From NCBI GenBank assembly GCA_963823035.1, contig CAWGKG010000011.1, positions 1 through 64,000 of the forward strand: a stretch of 64,000 nt of DNA, given 5' to 3'. Origin of the DNA: an uncultured Gemmatimonadales bacterium. Lineage in GTDB: Bacteria > Gemmatimonadota > Gemmatimonadetes > Longimicrobiales > Gaopeijiaceae. Numbering within the stretch: the first letter of the stretch is position 1; every line of letters begins with the position of its first letter. A program made the translations under genes and the position numbers. The notes beneath the pieces were generated by a model, which saw only the letters and a program-made list of their open reading frames with translations, had not been told where the DNA came from and ran no database searches. Below, one piece after another: positions 30,417 through 39,731 of this stretch.

Positions 30417-31716
30417 GTGGGAATCGATCGACGTGACTTCCTGAAGGTCGCCACGGCCGGCGCGGGCCTCGCCCTCGCCGGCACCACGCCGACGGACGCG
30501 GAGGCGAAGACCCGGCGGGCTCCGTGGGTGCGCTCCGGGCGGGCGCCGGACGTCGTGGTGGTCGGCGCAGGTGCCTTCGGCATGTGGACCGCGCTCAACC
30601 TCCAGCGCATGGGGGCGACGGTGCAGGTGGTCGACCAGTACGGTCCGGCCAACTCGCGGGCCACGTCGGGTGGGGAGACCCGCGGGGTGCGCTCCAGCTA
30701 CGGAGACCGGCCGCACGGGCTGCAGTGGGGGAAGTGGGCGCTGCGTGCCGCGGAGAAGTGGAAGGCGTGGGACCGCGAGAACGCGGACGACCTGCTGCCG
30801 CACGTCTTCGACCAGACCGGCGACGTCATCCTGCGCGAGAAGACGGAGCCGTTCCTCGAGCAGACGATGAAGAACTGGGACGAGATGGGCCACACGTACG
30901 AGCTCATCGACGGGGACGAGGTCCACAAGCGCTGGCCGGTGATCGCCACGCCGGACATCGAGGTCGCGATCTACGACCCGGGAGCCGGCGTCGTGCGCGC
31001 CCGCCGGGCCATCGAGTCGGTGGCCAAGCGATTCCAGCAGGAGGGGGGCGAGATCGTCATCGGCAAGGTCGAGATGGGGAGCGTGGACGGGCGCACGGTC
31101 GCAGACGTCACCGTCGACGGATCGCGGCGCATGAGCGGTGGAACGTTCGTCTTCGCGCTCGGCCCGTGGTTCCCCAAGTTCTTCCCGGATCTCATGGGCA
31201 AGCGCCTGCGAATCCGAACGCTCGGTCACGTGTACTACGTCTCGACGCCGCCGGGGGACGAGTCGTACCGCGTGCCGAACCTGCCGAGCTACAACGTTCC
31301 CGGGGTGACGGGATGGCCTGCGCTGCCGCACGATGCCCGCGGCTTCCGCATCCGCACGGGGGGACATCGCGATGACGATCCCGACACGAGCGTGCGGTGG
31401 ATCGACGAGCAGTATCACGGTCGACCCGCGCGAGGTTCTGGCGAAGTACTTTCCGGCCCTGGCCGAGCGGCCGTTCAACGAAACGCGCTGCTGCCACTAC
31501 GAATCCAGCGTGGATTCGAACTTCATCATCGACCACCATCCGGACTTCGACAATGCGTGGCTCGCGGGAGGCGGCTCGGCGGAGGCGTTCAAGCAGGGCC
31601 CCGTGTTGGGCGAGTACATCGCCGGGCGCGTGCTCGATCGGGACGCCGAGCCCGAGCTCGCCGAGGGCTTCCGCCTCAAGGAGGAGGAGTTCGAGGACGA
31701 TCCCGGAGGCGACTGA
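30417..31716 (+). CDS. Tat-exported FAD-dependent oxidoreductase, sarcosine oxidase/DAO family (frameshift near 31420)
   Basis: DRRDFLK twin-arginine signal; GAGAFG, TSGGETR; C-terminal CCHYESSVDSNFIIDHHP...GGGSAEAFKQGP. Confidence 0.88.
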
Positions 31717-31749
31717 CCGCCTGCGGACCCCGGTCCACGAAGGAGGACG

Positions 31750-33565
31750 GTGAGTCGACGCGAGCCGACGCCGGCCGTTCGCACGCCGCATCCCGTGGGG
31801 TGGCAGCGTGCTCGCGATGACGTTCGTGGTCCTCACGGTCGTGGCCCTCGCCCTCGTCCCCATCTATTTCGGGGAAGAGGCGAAGCAGTCGATGACCGAG
31901 ATCTCCGACGTGCTCGATCCGGCGCGCCTCCTCGGGACGCGACTCTCCCTGGTGCAGGCCCGGGAGATGTCCGCGGTCCAGGCGTTCCTCCTCACCGGCA
32001 ACCCGGTCTTCCGTCAGCGCTACCTGAACAACTTCAGCACGGAGAGCGACCTCTACGACCGGCTGTCGTCCGCCGTCGACTCGATGGGCCTCGACGTGCG
32101 CAAGCGGCTCGCCGACCTCTCCGACATCGCGAACCGCTGGCACCTGGGTCACCAGGCGGCGCTCGACTCGGCCGGCGCCCGGATCGCGCTGGTGAACACG
32201 TTCTACGAAGAGAACCAGCGCTACATGGAGCTGCAGCAGGCCACCATCGAGCTGGAGGAGGCGATCCAGCGCGAGGTGGATTCCGGGCGGGCCCGTATCG
32301 CGATCCGCCAGGACAACGAGCGCCAGGCGACGTACGGGCTGCTCGGCCTCGCGCTCGGCGCGATCCTGCTCATGGTCCTCGTCGGATGGAACCTCCACCT
32401 GCTCACGGCCGAGGCGGACGCCAGGCGGAGCGACGCCGTGCTCGCCCGACGCGAGATCGACGCGCTCCTCGAGGCCACCGCCGACGGGGTCCTGGGGCTC
32501 GACCTCGACGGGCGTATCATCACGCTCAACCGTGCCGGGGCCGAGCTGCTGGGCTACGGGGAGCGTGAGTTGGCGGGGCGTGACTTCCACGACGTCCTGC
32601 ACAAGGCGCGGGCCGACGGAACGGCCCGGCGGCGCGGCACGTCGCCGATCCTGAGGGCGCTCGAGGAGGGCGGCGAATCCCGCGTGTCCGCCGAGGACGT
32701 CCTTCATCGTCGCGACGGCTCGCTGCTTCCGGTGCAGTGGTCGCTGCGTCCGCTCGTGGACGGCCTCGAGGTCCGGGGCGCCGTGCTGACTTTCACCGAC
32801 ATGACGCAGATCCGCGGGAAGGAGAACGCGCTCATGCGGGCGGTGCGCGTGCGCGAAGAGGTGGTGTCGGTGGTGTCGCACGACCTGCGCAATCCCCTGG
32901 GGGTGGTGGCGGGTGCGGCGGACCTGCTCCTCGACCTTCCCCTCGGGGAGGCGGAGCGCAAGAAGCAGGCGCTCATCATCCGGCGCTCCGCGCAGCGGAT
33001 GGGCCGCCTCATCCAGGACCTTCTCGACATCGCGAGGATCGAGGCGGGCGCCCTGGTCGTCCGCCCCGTCGTGGAGGAACCGCGTGGCCTTCTCCAGGAG
33101 ATCCACGCCACCTTCGCCTCCCAGGCGGAGGAGCGGGACGTGACGCTCGAAGTGGACATCGAGCCGGGCGTTCCGCCGGCGTTCGTGGACGCGGACCGCA
33201 TCCACCAGGCGCTGACGAACCTCGTGGCGAACGCCCTCAAGTTCACGCCGCCCGGCGGGCGCGTGACGCTGCGGGCGCGCGCCGACGAAGAGGAGGGTTG
33301 GATCGTTCTTTCCGTGTCGGACAGCGGACCCGGTATCCCCGAGGAGGTGCGCGACCGCCTCTTCGATCGCTTCTGGCAGGCCAGCCGCCACGACCGTACG
33401 GGATCCGGGCTCGGCCTCGCGATCGTGCGCGGTATCGCGGAGGCGCACGGCGGCCGGGTCGAGGTGTCCTCCAGGGCGGGCGAGGGCGCGACCTTCAGCC
33501 TGCACCTGCGCGCCGTCACCGACCGCCTGCCGGACTCCGTGGCAGGGAAGGTCGCCGGCGTATGA
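31750..33565 (+). CDS. Membrane-bound PAS sensor histidine kinase (start uncertain: 31750 with a frameshift, or 31808)
   Basis: Two TMs around a periplasmic domain, PAS, VSHDLRNPL, NLVANALKF, GSGLGL; AGGAGG before GTG 31750. Confidence 0.88.
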
Positions 33566-35172
33566 AGGGCGGCATGATGACCATGCCGCTCACGGTGCCC
33601 GCGCTCCTCGAGCGCGCCGCGTCCCTCTTCGGCGACAAGGCGGTGGTCACGGCCCCGGAGGCCGGCCCGACCGTGCGCCACTCGTGGCGTGAGGTGCGTG
33701 CGCGGGCCCGCCGACTCGAAGCGGCGCTTGCGGGGCTGGGGGCAACGTCCGGCACCCGGGTCGCCTCGCTGGCCTGGAACGGGCACCGACACGTCGAGCT
33801 CTACTTCGGCGTGCCGGCCGCGGGTGCCGTGCTGCTCACCGCGAACGTGCGCCTGGCACCCCCGCAGCTCGCGCGTATCCTGGAGCACGCCGGCGCGGAG
33901 ATCGTGTTCGCGGACCCGGAGTTCGTCGCGCTCGTGGACGCCGTGGAGCGAGAGCTCGGGCGGCCCTTGCGGCGGGTGGCGCTGGCGGACGAGGCGCCCC
34001 CCGGGTGGAAGGCGTACGAGGCCCTCCTGGCCGACGCCGAGCCCGATCGGGTGTGCGCGCGGCTCGAGGAGGACGAAGCGGCGGCGCTGTGTTACACGTC
34101 GGGAACGACCGGTGAGCCCAAGGGCGTGCTCTACTCGCACCGGGCGATCGCGCTGCACACGTTGGCGATCTGTCTCCCCGACGGCTTCGGCCTCGGCGAG
34201 CGCGACGTGATCCTTCCGGCCGTGCCGATGTTCCATGCGAATGCCTGGGGGCTCGTGCACGCGGCCGCGATGACCGGGGCGACGCTCGTGCTGCCGGGCG
34301 CGCGTCCGTCGGCGGAGCACCTGGCGCAACTCCTCTCCCGGGAGGGCGTGACCTTCGCTGCTGGCGTGCCCACCGTGTGGATGGGGGCGCTGGACGCGCT
34401 CCGCGGCTCCCGGTCCCCTCTGGCGGAGAAGCTGCGCATTCACTCCGGTGGGGCACCCACGGCGCCCGCGCTCCTGGAGGCGTATCGCACCGAACTGGGC
34501 GTCGAGGTCCTCACGGGGTGGGGGATGACCGAGCTGACGCCCGTGGGGATGGTGACGCACCCCAGGGGCGACATGGACGCGTGGGCGCCGGAGGATCTCC
34601 TTCCGGTCCGTACCAGTCAGGGGACGCCGCTCCCCTTCGTGGAGGTGCGCCTGGTGGACGAGGCCGGCGTCCCGGTCCCCCGCGACGGGGTGACCCCCGG
34701 CGAGCTCGAGGTGCGCGGGCCCTGGGTCTGCGCAGGATATTTCGGGGCCACCGGGCGGGAGGGACACCGCGACGGGTGGTTGCGCACCGGGGACGTCGCG
34801 ACGCTCGACGAGCGTGGCTACGTGCGCCTCGTGGACCGGACGAAGGACCTCATCCGCAGCGGCGGCGAGTGGATTTCGTCCGTGCAGCTGGAGCACGCCC
34901 TCATGGACCACCCCGCGGTGGCGGAGGCGGTGGTGGTCGCCGTTCCGGACGCGCGCTGGCAGGAGCGCCCGTGGGCGTGCGTCGTCCTCCGCTCCGGCAA
35001 GTCCGAACCGGCAGAGGCGTTGCTTGCGCCGCTCGGCGAGCGGTTCCCGAGCTGGTGGGTGCCCGACCGCGTGGTGTTCGTGGACGCGCTCCCGCGCACG
35101 GCGACGGGGAAGTTCGACAAGAGGACGCTACGGGAGCGGCTCCGGAAGATGAGCGTCCAAGCCGCGCCCTGA
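33562..35172 (+). CDS. Fatty-acid--CoA ligase (AlkK/DmdB-like)
   Basis: YTSGTTGEPKG, PMFHANAWG, GWGMTE, RTGD, SGGEWISS; ATGA overlap with the kinase. Confidence 0.92.
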   Translation: MKGGMMTMPLTVPALLERAASLFGDKAVVTAPEAGPTVRHSWREVRARARRLEAALAGLGATSGTRVASLAWNGHRHVELYFGVPAAGAVLLTANVRLAPPQLARILEHAGAEIVFADPEFVALVDAVERELGRPLRRVALADEAPPGWKAYEALLADAEPDRVCARLEEDEAAALCYTSGTTGEPKGVLYSHRAIALHTLAICLPDGFGLGERDVILPAVPMFHANAWGLVHAAAMTGATLVLPGARPSAEHLAQLLSREGVTFAAGVPTVWMGALDALRGSRSPLAEKLRIHSGGAPTAPALLEAYRTELGVEVLTGWGMTELTPVGMVTHPRGDMDAWAPEDLLPVRTSQGTPLPFVEVRLVDEAGVPVPRDGVTPGELEVRGPWVCAGYFGATGREGHRDGWLRTGDVATLDERGYVRLVDRTKDLIRSGGEWISSVQLEHALMDHPAVAEAVVVAVPDARWQERPWACVVLRSGKSEPAEALLAPLGERFPSWWVPDRVVFVDALPRTATGKFDKRTLRERLRKMSVQAAP

Positions 35173-35186
35173 GCGCCGGGACGGCC

Positions 35187-35942
35187 TCAGCCCAGGCCCG
35201 CCTTCCACGCCAGGAGCGTCTCGACCTGGTTCGTGGTGATGCGGCGGGTGCCCAGCGCGAGGACCTGCGCGGCCTGGGCGGGATCGTCCACGGTCCAGAC
35301 CGCCGTGTCGATCCCGCCCTCCGTACAGCGCGCGGCGAGCGCGGGATCGTTCGTCAGGAGGTCGTGCCGGAAGTCGAGCAGCGCGTGCGGATCACCCTGG
35401 GCGCGCCGCACCGCCTCGTCGACCTCACCCTCGTCGTCGACGACGTACCCGATCACCAGGTCGCGGTCCCGGCCCCGCAGCCGCTCCAGGATCGTCCAGT
35501 TCAGGGAGATGAAGACGACGCTGTCGCGCATCCCCGCCTCGTCCACCAGGCGTACCATGCGGTCGAGGTCCTCGAGCTCCCTGAACCCCTTCACCTCCGC
35601 GTACACGCGCCCGAGCCTCCCCTTCGAGCATGCGAGCGCCTCCGCGAACGAGGGGATCCGCTCTCCCGAGAACCCCGGCGAGAACCAGCGGCCGGCATCG
35701 AGCGTGCGGAGCTGGGCGAACGTCCGGCGGCGGACAGGGCCGACGCCGTTCGTGGTCCGGCTGAGCATCGCGTCATGGAAGACGACGGGCGTTCCACAGG
35801 CGGCCGTATGCAGGTCGAACTCGACGGCGTCCGCACCCGCTCCGATCGCCGCCTCCAGGGAGGCCAGCGTGTTTTCAGGCGCGCGGGCGCTGAACCCGCG
35901 GTGGGCGATGATCTCGACCGGGTCGGGAGAAGACCCGGGCAC
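35187..35942 (-). CDS. Glycerophosphodiester phosphodiesterase
   Basis: IIAHRG, PENT, VEFD, FHD, AVWTVDD. Confidence 0.92.
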   Translation of the reverse strand: MPGSSPDPVEIIAHRGFSARAPENTLASLEAAIGAGADAVEFDLHTAACGTPVVFHDAMLSRTTNGVGPVRRRTFAQLRTLDAGRWFSPGFSGERIPSFAEALACSKGRLGRVYAEVKGFRELEDLDRMVRLVDEAGMRDSVVFISLNWTILERLRGRDRDLVIGYVVDDEGEVDEAVRRAQGDPHALLDFRHDLLTNDPALAARCTEGGIDTAVWTVDDPAQAAQVLALGTRRITTNQVETLLAWKAGLG

Positions 35943-35946
35943 CGGC

Positions 35947-36264
35947 CTACGCGCTCTCGTCGCCGGGGCCGACCTTCGCGGGTCCCGCGCCGCCGGCCCC
36001 GAGAGCGTTGTGGAACTCCGTGACCTCGGTCAGGCGCTTCACCGACGCCTCCATCGATTCGATTTGCTGCTCCATGAGCGCCATGCGGCGCTCCATGATG
36101 TGCACGCTCTCGTCGAGGCCCTTGTGATCGAAGAAGCGACCGAGGGCCTCCACGGTGGGCTTGAGCGCGAAACGGGCCGTGAGGCCGATCACCGGCACGA
36201 GGACGATCGAGACCCCCATGATGACGGCAACGAGCGCGGTGAGGTCGATCGGCAGGATCTGCAT
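35947..36264 (-). CDS. Single-TM coiled-coil small protein
   Basis: MQILPIDLTALVAVIMGVSIVLVPVIG...ERRMALMEQQIESMEASVKRLTEVTEF; AAGGAG upstream. Confidence 0.75.
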   Translation of the reverse strand: MQILPIDLTALVAVIMGVSIVLVPVIGLTARFALKPTVEALGRFFDHKGLDESVHIMERRMALMEQQIESMEASVKRLTEVTEFHNALGAGGAGPAKVGPGDESA

Positions 36265-36379
36265 GGCCTTGGGTGGCTCCTTGGGTGTCGGACGAACCGC
36301 CGGGCCGAGGCGTCCTTGTGGGCGGCCCCCGGCGAAACCATGGTGCGTGCGAGCGAGGGATCGACGCAAGGCGGATTTC

Positions 36380-36407
36380 CAACCCCGGCGCACCCTCTCC
36401 CGTCCAA
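36380..36407 (+). promoter_or_regulatory. Candidate autoregulatory ECF sigma promoter
   Basis: CAAC-N17-CGTCCAA immediately upstream of the ECF gene. Confidence 0.55.
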
Positions 36408-36409
36408 CA

Positions 36410-36988
36410 GTGCGAGGAAGAGGACGGGGACCCGACCCACCCGAGACCAGTCGCGCTTTGGTGCCTGCATCCGCGGAAGTGACGGACGTGCGGAGGGCGG
36501 CGGACGGCGACCACGCGGCCTTCGAGCGGTTGTACCGCGGGCACGTGGGGCGCATCCACGCCCTGGCTCGACGTATGGTCGGCGACGACGTGGCGGAGGA
36601 TTTGACGCAGGAGGTCTTCATTCGCGCCTGGAGGAAGCTGGCATCGTTCCGGGGAGACGCGCGCTTCGGCACCTGGCTCCACCGGTTGGCGGTGAACCTG
36701 CTGCTGACGCGGAGGGAGACGTTGCGCAAGCGGGAGGCGAGGGCCGTGCCGACCGAGGGGATGCTGGACCGGCTCGTGGCGCCGCGGGAGCGGAGCCCGG
36801 GCGCGGCGCTGGACCTGGAGAAGGCGCTGAGGAAGCTGCCGGACGGAGCGCGTCAGATCTTCGTCCTCTACGACGTGGAGGGGTACGGGCACGAGGAGAT
36901 CGCGGAGCAGATGGGGATCTCGGTGGGGACGTCCAAGTCCCAGCTGCACCGGGCTCGCATGCTGCTGCGCGGCCACTTGAACGGATGA
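36410..36988 (+). CDS. ECF RNA polymerase sigma factor (start 36410 or 36461)
   Basis: AEDLTQEVFIRAWRKLASFRGDARFGTWLHRLAVN; HEEIAEQMGISVGTSKSQLHRAR. Confidence 0.93.
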   Translation: MRGRGRGPDPPETSRALVPASAEVTDVRRAADGDHAAFERLYRGHVGRIHALARRMVGDDVAEDLTQEVFIRAWRKLASFRGDARFGTWLHRLAVNLLLTRRETLRKREARAVPTEGMLDRLVAPRERSPGAALDLEKALRKLPDGARQIFVLYDVEGYGHEEIAEQMGISVGTSKSQLHRARMLLRGHLNG

Positions 36989-37720
36989 TGAGCGAAACAC
37001 ACTCGAGCTGGGCTGACCGGCTCTCGGAATACATGGACGGTGGCCTCGCCGAGGCCGAGCGGATCGCGTTGGAAGCGCACCTCGCGGAGTGCCCGACGGT
37101 GTCGCGCGGTCCTGGAGGACCTGCGGGCTCTGGTGGCGAGCGCGCACGCCCTCGGGGACGTGCCGCCGGAACGCGACCTCTGGCCCGGCATCGCCGAAGT
37201 CATCGGAGCGGCCGGGCTCCGGCGGGCTCGCGCGGGCGTGATCGAGCTTCCCACGGCGGCGCGCGCGCGCCCGAAGCCCACCGGGCTCTTCCTGACGGTG
37301 CCGCAGCTGGCGGCGGCCTCCGTGGTCCTCGCGCTGGTGTCCGCCGCCGCGACCTGGTGGGCGGGGCCCGGTCTCGCGACCGCCCCGGACGCGGGGAGGA
37401 ACGCGGACGCGGCCGCGATGCAGGTCGAGGCACTGGCTGTCTTCCCGGCCGGCGAGATGGAGGGTCCGTCCCCGGCGCTCGCGGCGGAGCTTCGTCGGCT
37501 GGAGGCGACGTTGGGTGCGGTGCGTGGTCAGCTGGAGCCGAACACGGTCCGCATCCTGGAGAAGAACCTGGGCGTGATCGAGCGCGCGATCGACGAGTCG
37601 CGCCGGGCGTTGGCGCTGGACCCGAACAACGGCTTCCTGCGCGAGCACCTCGAACGGACGTACCGGGAGAAGGTCGACTACCTCCGTGAAGCCGCGGGCA
37701 TCGCGGACTGGACGGGGTGA
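36985..37720 (+). CDS. zf-HC2 (ZAS) transmembrane anti-sigma factor (frameshift near 37095)
   Basis: LSEYMDG...AHLAECP/RCRAVL (HxxxCxxC when joined), TM LAAASVVLALVSAAATWW. Confidence 0.85.
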
Positions 37721-37722
37721 GC

Positions 37723-38605
37723 ATGCACGCCCTGTGGCTCGTCGGATGGCTTGCGGCCGGGGCTACCGGCGTGGTGTCTCCGGCGCCCGGGCTCCGCCGC
37801 GGCGGCCGATACCGCGCTGGAGCTGCGGCGCGGGGACCGGGTCGTGGTGGAGCGTCTCAACGGTGAGCTCTCCGTCGAGGCGTGGAGTCGGTCGACGCTG
37901 TCGATCGGGGGCGGCCTCGACGAGGTGCGTGGCGTGGGCGCGACCCGCTCCGGGAGCGTGGTGACCGTGCGTCCGGAGGACCGTAAGGCGCGCGGGCACG
38001 ACGTGGACCTGGTCCTGCGCCTGCCTGCGTGGGTGACGCTGGAGATCTCGGGCCGGTCGCTCGACGTGCGCGTGGCCGGGGTCGAGGGTGGGGTGACCGT
38101 GCGCAACGTCTCGGGCGACGTCCGCCTCGACCGCGTAGCCGGAGCGGTGTCCGTCCAGACGGTGGAAGGAGAGATCGGCGTATACGGTGCGCGCGGACCC
38201 GTCACCGCCCATTCGCGTGGAGACGACGTCACGCTGTCGGACGTCACCGGCGACGTGGACGCGGCCACCGGCGACGGGGATCTCCGCCTCGAGGACATCC
38301 GTGCGTCTACGCTGCGTGCCGAGACGCTGGACGGCGACGTCTTCTTCAGCGGTACGCTCGCCCGCGACGGCAGCTACCAGATCTCCGTGCACGACGGCGA
38401 CGCCACGCTGGTCCTGCCCGAGGATTCGAACGCGAGCGTGACCGTGTCGACGTTCGACGGCGAGCTCACCTCCGACTTCCCCGTGACGCTGCGGCGCTAC
38501 GAAGGACAGGGGGTGTTCGATTTCAAGCTGGGGAACGGAAGCGCTCGGGTGGACGTGAAGGTCTTCGACGGCGAGATCCGCTTCAGGCGCCAGGGCGGCT
38601 CCTGA
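37723..38605 (+). CDS. DUF4097 beta-strand repeat protein (frameshift in signal region)
   Basis: Repeats NVSGDV, TVEGEI, SRGDDV, TGDGDL, TLDGDV, TFDGEL. Confidence 0.85.
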
Positions 38606-38672
38606 TCCCGGACCGTACGTACGTCGAGACGAGGAAATCCGGGCCCCGCGAGGGGCCGAGCGAGGAGGAACG

Positions 38673-39728
38673 ATGAGGAAGCGCTGGATGGTGTCCCGAA
38701 CGGCGGGGATCTTCACGGTGGCGGTCGCCTGCGCGGCGACGGGCCTGGGTGCCCAGGAGACGTACCGGATTTCGGGCTCCGAGGTGACCGTGTACAACCT
38801 CGCCGGGCACGCGGAGATCGTGCGTGGCTCCGGATCGGACGTGGTCGTGAAGGTGACCCGCGGCGGTGCGGACGCCTCCCGTCTCGAGGTCGAAACGGGC
38901 GAGGTTCGCGGTCGGGAGACGCTGCGCATCGTCTATCCGGACGACCAGATCGTCTATCCCGACATGGGTCGCGGCTCGCGCACGTCCGTGAACGTGCGCG
39001 ACGACGGGACGTTCTGGGACGGCTCGCGTGGCGACCGCGTCGAGGTCCGCGGCTCGGGGCGGGGGCTCGAGGCGTGGGCGGACCTGGTGGTCGAGGTGCC
39101 GGAAGGGAAGGACTTCGCGCTCTACGTCGCGGTCGGTGAAGCGGAGGCGCGGGGGCTCAGCGGGGAGATCAAGGTGCACACCGGCAGCGGCTCCGTGGAA
39201 GCCACGGACGTCTCCGGGTCGCTGAGCCTGGACACGGGCTCGGGCTCGGCTCGGGCGTCGAACGTGCGCGGCGACCTGAGCATCGACACCGGGTCGGGAT
39301 CGGTCACCGTGCGGGGCGTGTCCGGCGGGAGCGTGAGCCTCGACACGGGCTCCGGCGGCGTGCGCGGAGGTGGCATCGAAGCGACTTCCCTGCGGGTGGA
39401 CACCGGTTCGGGGTCCATCGACCTCGACGAGGTATCGTGCACGGACGTGGTCCTCGACACGGGGAGCGGCGGCGTGGACCTCGTGCTCCTCACGGACGTC
39501 GAGCGCCTGGACGTGGACACGGGATCGGGCTCCGTGACGATCCGTGCGCCGGCGAACCTGGGGGGTGAGGTGGATATCGAGACGGGGAGCGGCGGGATCG
39601 ACCTCGACTTCGCGGTGGAGGTGCGTCGGGTGCGACGCGACCACGTTACCGGTACACTCGGGGACGGCCGGGGCCGGATCCGCATCGACACGGGATCCGG
39701 GACGGTGCGCCTGCTGAAGAACCAGTAG
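38673..39728 (+). CDS. DUF4097 beta-strand repeat protein
   Basis: Signal peptide; nine [DEH]TGSG repeats. Confidence 0.88.
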   Translation: MRKRWMVSRTAGIFTVAVACAATGLGAQETYRISGSEVTVYNLAGHAEIVRGSGSDVVVKVTRGGADASRLEVETGEVRGRETLRIVYPDDQIVYPDMGRGSRTSVNVRDDGTFWDGSRGDRVEVRGSGRGLEAWADLVVEVPEGKDFALYVAVGEAEARGLSGEIKVHTGSGSVEATDVSGSLSLDTGSGSARASNVRGDLSIDTGSGSVTVRGVSGGSVSLDTGSGGVRGGGIEATSLRVDTGSGSIDLDEVSCTDVVLDTGSGGVDLVLLTDVERLDVDTGSGSVTIRAPANLGGEVDIETGSGGIDLDFAVEVRRVRRDHVTGTLGDGRGRIRIDTGSGTVRLLKNQ

Positions 39729-39731
39729 CGG

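Noticed and set aside
39170..39710. Periodic GACAC(C/G)GG repeats as a CRISPR array or DNA repeat element
   Set aside because: They encode DTGSG protein repeats with synonymous variation and show no repeat-spacer structure.
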